Positions 58,977-64,000 of a stretch of DNA of 64,000 nucleotides are shown here, in pieces; position 1 is the stretch's first letter; each line of letters opens with the position of its first letter. The DNA lies in contig CAXFSR010000049.1 in the NCBI GenBank assembly GCA_964005815.1, forward strand, positions 10,685 through 74,684. The letters run 5' to 3'. Made by a program: the position numbers and the translations under genes. The stretch comes from an uncultured Nitrospinaceae bacterium (GTDB taxonomy: Bacteria; UBA8248). Under the pieces are notes generated by a model. That model had not been told where the DNA came from. It ran no database searches and saw nothing but the letters and a program-made list of their open reading frames with translations.

Positions 58977-59846
58977 TTGCCTATTGAAACTCTTGCTATC
59001 ATTTCTGGCTTTTGTTATTCGGCAAGTGCCGTTCTAACTCGTTTGGGACTTGATAAAAGCACAAGTCAAACAGGAAGTTTTGTAGTCGCAGCAACATATC
59101 TTGTGATTACCGCACTGGCACTTCCGCTAGATAAAATGCCTCTATCCGAACTATCTATAAATGATGCATACTTTCTTGCAGCAGGTATTTCTTCACCAGC
59201 TCTTTCCTTACTCTTCCTTTACCGCTCTATACATTTTATTGGTGTTGCTCCAACGACTGCAATAGTCAATACAAACGCCCTTTTTGGTAGTTTCCTCGCC
59301 TTCTTTATTCTACAAGAACGTCCTTCAGATTTATTCTGGCTCGGTCTTGTAATTGTTCTTTTAGGAATCTTTTTAATTTCCGAGGGGCTAGATAAAATGA
59401 AAGGTAGATATAAATATCTTCTTCTTCCTCTTTTGTCTGCTCTTTGTTTTGGACTAGCCCATACCTTTAGAAAACTCGGCTTTGAAAACAGCCATTCATC
59501 ATTCCTTACAGGAGCTTTCCTGCAAGGTCTTTCCGCATGTATTTTTATGCCACTAATTCTAAGTGTTGGGACTAACAAAAATTCTAAGACGTATATTTTT
59601 AATTTAAAATCACTGAAATTTTTTATTCCTGCAGGTTTAGCTGTAGTTTTTGGTCAATTCTTGATTCTACATGTGATCAAATACGGACAAGTATCTCTCG
59701 TTTCCTCAATCTTAGCGACAGGTCCGCTTTTCGGATTGATTTTGACTCATATTTTCTTACAAAAAAAAGAAAAATTAACTCTAAAAATTATTTTAGGCGT
59801 GATCACAATAGTCTCAGGAGTGGTAATTCTTACTCTTTCAAAGTAA
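58977..59846 (+). CDS. EamA/DMT family transporter
   Basis: About 10 hydrophobic helices in two repeats; FILQERP and FLQKKEKLT loops. Confidence 0.88.
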   Translation: MPIETLAIISGFCYSASAVLTRLGLDKSTSQTGSFVVAATYLVITALALPLDKMPLSELSINDAYFLAAGISSPALSLLFLYRSIHFIGVAPTTAIVNTNALFGSFLAFFILQERPSDLFWLGLVIVLLGIFLISEGLDKMKGRYKYLLLPLLSALCFGLAHTFRKLGFENSHSSFLTGAFLQGLSACIFMPLILSVGTNKNSKTYIFNLKSLKFFIPAGLAVVFGQFLILHVIKYGQVSLVSSILATGPLFGLILTHIFLQKKEKLTLKIILGVITIVSGVVILTLSK

Positions 59847-59880
59847 ATTTGCTTACTTATTAAAGTATTTGGAGGATTTA

Positions 59881-61110
59881 ATGGTCGATTTTAGTCTTTC
59901 AGAAGAACAATTAGAACTTCAAAAAAAAGCAAGAGATTTTGTCAACAACGAAGCCAAACCTTATATAGCAGAATTAGACAAGAAACATAATCCTGAAGAA
60001 AGTGTAAGTAATTTTCTAATGAGAAGATCCTCAGAAATAGGTTTTAGAACTATGTCTATTCCAAAAGAATATGGAGGAGGAGGCGTAGAAGACCCTATTA
60101 CTGCTGTAATAGTTGCAGAAGAATTAGGAGTAGGTGATGTCACCTTATCTAGTATCCCTCTTAATGGGAGAAAATTTTATCATCTTATGAATTCAGAAAT
60201 TACACCCAAAGAGACAAAAGACAAATGGTTAAAAGCTTTCTGCGCTGATCCAGATTTTTTAATTGCAATAGCAATGACAGAACCAGACTCTGGAGGAGAC
60301 AATATTTTACCTTATGATTCTACCAATGCTGGGATTAAAACTACTGCAATAAAAAAAGGGAATTCGTATATCTTAAATGGGAAGAAGCACTATATTGGAC
60401 ATGGCGGAATTGCGAAATTGTATTGTATGTTTGTCAGAACAGATCCAACAAAAGGAATGTCTGAGGGCACATCTTTATTCTTGATTCCAGAAGGACATCA
60501 AGGGTTAAAATTCGGTAAAATACACGACAAATTAGGACTTAGATTGTTAAGAAATCAAGAAATTATTTTAGACAATTGCGAAGTCCCAAAAGAATGGATG
60601 CTAGGTCCCGAAAATCATGCAATAGCTGCTATGAGAGCTGGTGTAAGAAGTGATGGAATCCTAAATGCTGCCCGATGTCTTGGTGTCGCAAGGAGAGCAT
60701 TCGAAGAAATTACAGAATTTTGCAGAAAAAGAATTCAAGGAGGAAAACCAATTATTGAACATCAAGCAATTGCATGTGAACTTGCTGATATGTATATCAC
60801 TATAAAAGCAATGCGTTCTCTTGTATGGAATGTTGCTTGGTCTTCAGAAAACGAAAGTCCAGATCCTAAACAAGTTCCTGGAGCTATGGCATTTTGCACA
60901 GAAAATGCATTTACGATAGCACATAAAGCTGCTGAACTTGCTGGAGGAAGAGGAGTTATGAAAGACGAGCCCTTTGAAAAATTAGTGAGAGATGCATTTT
61001 CAATTAAGCACTTAGACGGTGGAAATTATATCAAACGATTTAAAGTTGCGAATGCTTTGAGAGATTTAGGTAAAAATCCGAATACGTCTTTTGAACCTCC
61101 AATTGGATAA
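59881..61110 (+). CDS. Acyl-CoA dehydrogenase-like flavoprotein
   Basis: MVDFSLSEEQ, MTEPDSGGD, YILNGKKHYI, RIQGGKPIIEHQAI, EKLVRDA. ATG 59881 follows GGAGG. Confidence 0.9.
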   Translation: MVDFSLSEEQLELQKKARDFVNNEAKPYIAELDKKHNPEESVSNFLMRRSSEIGFRTMSIPKEYGGGGVEDPITAVIVAEELGVGDVTLSSIPLNGRKFYHLMNSEITPKETKDKWLKAFCADPDFLIAIAMTEPDSGGDNILPYDSTNAGIKTTAIKKGNSYILNGKKHYIGHGGIAKLYCMFVRTDPTKGMSEGTSLFLIPEGHQGLKFGKIHDKLGLRLLRNQEIILDNCEVPKEWMLGPENHAIAAMRAGVRSDGILNAARCLGVARRAFEEITEFCRKRIQGGKPIIEHQAIACELADMYITIKAMRSLVWNVAWSSENESPDPKQVPGAMAFCTENAFTIAHKAAELAGGRGVMKDEPFEKLVRDAFSIKHLDGGNYIKRFKVANALRDLGKNPNTSFEPPIG

Positions 61111-61142
61111 AAATTTAAGCAAGAATTCACTAAGGAGATTCT

Positions 61143-62342
61143 ATGAAATGTCAAAATAATTTTTGGCCATGGTTCTCAGATAACGAATATAAGGCTAGAT
61201 ATTCCAGAATAAGAAAAGAAATGGAAAAAAAGAACTTAGATTGTCTCATTATATACGGGATAGGTGGATATCTAGGAACAGACCCAGGGCAACCAAATGT
61301 AGTGTATGTTGCGAGCTTTGCGTCTTTCGTTCAAACATATGTCATCTTTCCTCTGAACGAAGAACCCACGCTTTTTGTTACTTGGGGAAATCATTTAAAA
61401 AATGCAAAACAAACTACTCCTATAAAAGATGTTCGTATTGGAGGAATGTCGCAAACTCCGTCAAACGTGGCCAAGAGATTAAAAGAACTGGGACTAGAAA
61501 ATAATTCCATCGGTATTGTAGGAGCTATGGGAGCAGCAAATATTAATCTTCCATATGATCATCACATCGAAATTACTAATAAACTTCCTAATACAAATTT
61601 TGAGACTGTAACAAGTTGGTTTGAGAATCTACGTCTTCAAAAAAGTGAAGAAGAAATTAGCTATATGAAAAAAGCTGCTTCAATGACAGATGCAGCTTAT
61701 GAAGTAATGGTCCGTTCCACTAGACCAGGTGTTAGACCCTGTGACCTATACAATATTGTTTTAAGAGTTTCTCAAGATATGGATGGGAAAATTCCGTTTG
61801 GACATGTTGGAAGAACTCCTATGACAAGTCCAGATATGATTTATGCACACCAATTAGCACTTACTACTCCCATATCGATGGGAGACGTTATAATGACAGA
61901 AATTGCTGTTGGTTGGGGAGGATATTTTGGAAAAATATGGGGAACCTATTTTATGGGAGAACCTACCCAAGATTATGCAGAAATGTTTACTTTAGGCCAA
62001 GAAACTTATAAGAAGCTACACAAAGCAATAAAACCAGGAATTGAAGGAAAAGATCTTGCAAATGATTGTATCAAATCTATAGAAGATGCAGGATATAATG
62101 CAAAAACATCAATATTTGGTTGGTCCAATTACAATTCACGTCCGGATATTCGCTCAACAAGAGGAACAATTTCGGATACAGAATTTATTTTCCAAAAGAA
62201 TCAATGTCTGAATATCTTATCCTGGCCAACAGATAAGGAAGAAAGAAAAGGAATATGGATAGGAGACACTTCCCTAGTGAATGAAAAAGGGATAGAAAAT
62301 TTGCATAAATATCCCTTATCCGAATTACATATCATTTCCTAA
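61143..62342 (+). CDS. M24-fold (pita-bread/creatinase-like) protein lacking canonical metal ligands
   Basis: FSDNEYKARYSRIRKEM, RLQKSEEEI, GDVIMTEI...GGY, GDT. Confidence 0.82.
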   Translation: MKCQNNFWPWFSDNEYKARYSRIRKEMEKKNLDCLIIYGIGGYLGTDPGQPNVVYVASFASFVQTYVIFPLNEEPTLFVTWGNHLKNAKQTTPIKDVRIGGMSQTPSNVAKRLKELGLENNSIGIVGAMGAANINLPYDHHIEITNKLPNTNFETVTSWFENLRLQKSEEEISYMKKAASMTDAAYEVMVRSTRPGVRPCDLYNIVLRVSQDMDGKIPFGHVGRTPMTSPDMIYAHQLALTTPISMGDVIMTEIAVGWGGYFGKIWGTYFMGEPTQDYAEMFTLGQETYKKLHKAIKPGIEGKDLANDCIKSIEDAGYNAKTSIFGWSNYNSRPDIRSTRGTISDTEFIFQKNQCLNILSWPTDKEERKGIWIGDTSLVNEKGIENLHKYPLSELHIIS

Positions 62343-62468
62343 GCTCTTAGATAAAATTAACTTTAAAACTGAATTCACATTCTTTTCATAATTGCTTCAT
62401 CATTTCTCTTCCAAAAGAAAATACAATTTCAATGTGAAAATTTATTTTTTTAACGAAGGAGACTAAAA

Positions 62469-63833
62469 ATGGGTGGAGCACTTGCTATCTTTCTGTTCTT
62501 AACTGCCTTTCCATACCTAGGAATTGATTTGGAAACAAATGAGGAAATAGTATCAATAGATATTGAAAAAAGAAAAAAAGTTGTAAAAAAAGAATCTGCA
62601 AAGGTTATGAAAATAATCAAACAATCAAAAAAAAATAACCAGCAGGAAAACAACAAACCTCCATTTCAGGAATTTAGAAAATATATTTCTCTCCTAAATT
62701 CTATTTCAGGAAAAACTGACAAAAAATATTGTTCTAATCAGCAATTATACAAAGTTAAAATAGAACCAGAGATAAGTGCTCTTCTAACAACACCTAAAAT
62801 GATGACTATAAATAGTAAAAGTAAAAGAATTTTAAAAACAATTTCAAAGGAAGGTACAAAAAATATTCTAGCAAGCAATTCTTTAAAAAATAAGATCATG
62901 GGTGATTACATGCAACTCTGGTCTTATGAATATCAGTGGAATCGAGTTCGATATGAGGAGATAGTAAAGGCCTATTTAAAATCATTTCAAGAAATAAAAA
63001 ATCATTTCTCTATAAAAAATAAAATGCCGGGGCAAGAAGCATCCCTCCATTCAATAAATTTGCTCAATAAAATATTATCCACCAACACCAATTCCTACCC
63101 GAAAAAATCAAATCTCAAATATTTAGGAATGTTTGCCCCGGTAAAAAAGATTTTAAAAGATCCTATCTATCTATCAATAAGTTCTCAAATAATTGATTCA
63201 AAAGAATGGATTGAACAAGCTAATTCTCTATTTGATAAGAGTATTTTTAATAAAAGATCAACTCTTAAAATTGCACTCCTTAGTAATCAACCATTAGAAA
63301 TAATCGAATGGTTAATTAAAGAAGGAGCACTCAAAGAAAAACCAAAATACAAAGAAGAAACTCCTATCTTCTATGCAATTCATTCACCCCTATTCACAAA
63401 ATTAATCCTAAAAAATCAAGAAAATGCAAAGATTTCAAATCATTTCAATAAATCTGCGCTTCATTATTCTATTCAGTTTGAAAATGAAGAAACTACTAAA
63501 TTACTTTTAGACCATGGATTCAATATAAATCAAAAAACAACTCAAATTGCGAAATGGCCAGAATGCTCAATTACTTCGAAACTGTACAATCTTACTCCCA
63601 TAATGTACGCAGCTAATCACAATAAAACCGACAAAATAATAATCTTATTGCTCAACTCAGGAGCCCAAACTAATCATAAGGACTCTATAAATATGAACTT
63701 TACCGATTATCTTCAAAAAAATAAAAAAATCTCTCAAAATGCAAAAGAAAGAATTCTTGAAATGATAAAAAAATCGGGAAAAGTACATCTTGGGAAAAAA
63801 TGGGTAACAAAAAATAAAAATAATAAAATTTAA
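62469..63833 (+). CDS. Ankyrin-repeat protein with N-terminal hydrophobic segment
   Basis: ANK-like units ETPIFYAI, KSALHYSI...LLLDHGFNIN, LTPIMYAA...LLLNSGAQTN; GAAGGAG before the ATG. Confidence 0.78.
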   Translation: MGGALAIFLFLTAFPYLGIDLETNEEIVSIDIEKRKKVVKKESAKVMKIIKQSKKNNQQENNKPPFQEFRKYISLLNSISGKTDKKYCSNQQLYKVKIEPEISALLTTPKMMTINSKSKRILKTISKEGTKNILASNSLKNKIMGDYMQLWSYEYQWNRVRYEEIVKAYLKSFQEIKNHFSIKNKMPGQEASLHSINLLNKILSTNTNSYPKKSNLKYLGMFAPVKKILKDPIYLSISSQIIDSKEWIEQANSLFDKSIFNKRSTLKIALLSNQPLEIIEWLIKEGALKEKPKYKEETPIFYAIHSPLFTKLILKNQENAKISNHFNKSALHYSIQFENEETTKLLLDHGFNINQKTTQIAKWPECSITSKLYNLTPIMYAANHNKTDKIIILLLNSGAQTNHKDSINMNFTDYLQKNKKISQNAKERILEMIKKSGKVHLGKKWVTKNKNNKI

Positions 63834-63885
63834 AAGTGTGAAGAAAACATAATCATTCAATATTACTCCTTTTTACTGGATGAGG

Positions 63886-63920
63886 GGGCAGGCAAACCTA
63901 GTGTCTGCCCGAACTTTTTT
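63886..63920 (+). terminator. Candidate intrinsic terminator-like hairpin
   Basis: GGGCAGGCA (63886-63894), 7-nt loop, TGTCTGCCC (63902-63910): a 9-bp stem with one G-U, then GAAC and T6. Confidence 0.5.
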
Positions 63921-63962
63921 AAAGTAATCAAATACTGTATGTTGTACTTTAGGAGATTTTAA

Positions 63963-64000
63963 ATGCCAAAAATCCTTGTTTTAGAAGACGACAAAGAACA
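63963..64000 (+). CDS. Probable response regulator receiver domain, N-terminus only (3'-truncated)
   Basis: AGGAG then ATG: MPKILVLEDDKE, the typical receiver-domain beta1 plus acidic pair. Only 12 codons are visible. Confidence 0.6.
   Translation, partial: MPKILVLEDDKE

Noticed and set aside
615..61504. The many 60-195 aa track ORFs nested in or antisense to identified genes (e.g. 5069..5500, 15001..15588, 46928..47398)
   Set aside because: They overlap well-supported genes almost entirely and have the composition typical of antisense frames.
63657..63860. Minus-strand 67-aa hydrophobic ORF preceded by AAGGAG
   Set aside because: It overlaps the ankyrin gene antisense for most of its length, and its Phe/Ile richness is the mirror of A-rich codons. 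Not excluded, but unsupported.
63888..63915. GGCAAACC resembling the start of a c-di-GMP-I riboswitch
   Set aside because: The following GAAA tetraloop and GACGCAAAG-like elements are absent.
1..64000. tRNA (including tRNA-Sec), rRNA, CRISPR arrays, IS elements, prophage
   Set aside because: Intergenic gaps are short and AT-rich with no cloverleaf, repeat-spacer pattern or mobile-element ORF visible by eye. A tRNAscan-SE/Infernal run would be needed to exclude small RNAs.

Overview
Gene-dense, AT-rich (roughly one-third GC by eye) bacterial chromosomal segment with about 60 CDS. I see no rRNA, tRNA, CRISPR, transposase or phage genes. The first ~22.5 kb is mostly housekeeping: partial comB, tlyA-dxs-ispA-xseB-xseA-folD, cysE-iscS-iscU, greA, hydantoinase/oxoprolinase A+B, maf, ispB and thiI. 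Embedded in it is an unusual two-gene redox module: a four-His cytochrome-b-like membrane protein and a single polypeptide fusing a DmsB-like 4x[4Fe-4S] domain N-terminally to a Mo/W-bisPGD catalytic domain. From ~23.7 to 62.3 kb lies a regulator-free, paralog-rich catabolic region: 4 acyl-CoA dehydrogenase-like proteins, 2 MaoC pairs, 2 CoA transferases, 2 CocE hydrolases, 2 ThDP enzymes, 2 BKACE, 2 M24-fold proteins, a cyclase and an NMT1/THI5-type ABC transporter. Several of these enzymes have substituted active-site residues. Three genes are broken or truncated in the ORF track but read as complete genes once non-standard decoding is allowed. selD and an OsmC-like gene each carry an in-frame TGA at the catalytic Cys position followed by a SECIS-like hairpin (probable selenoproteins), and one BKACE gene appears to start at ATC. 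All family calls come from motif recognition by eye; no searches were run and the taxonomy is not determined.
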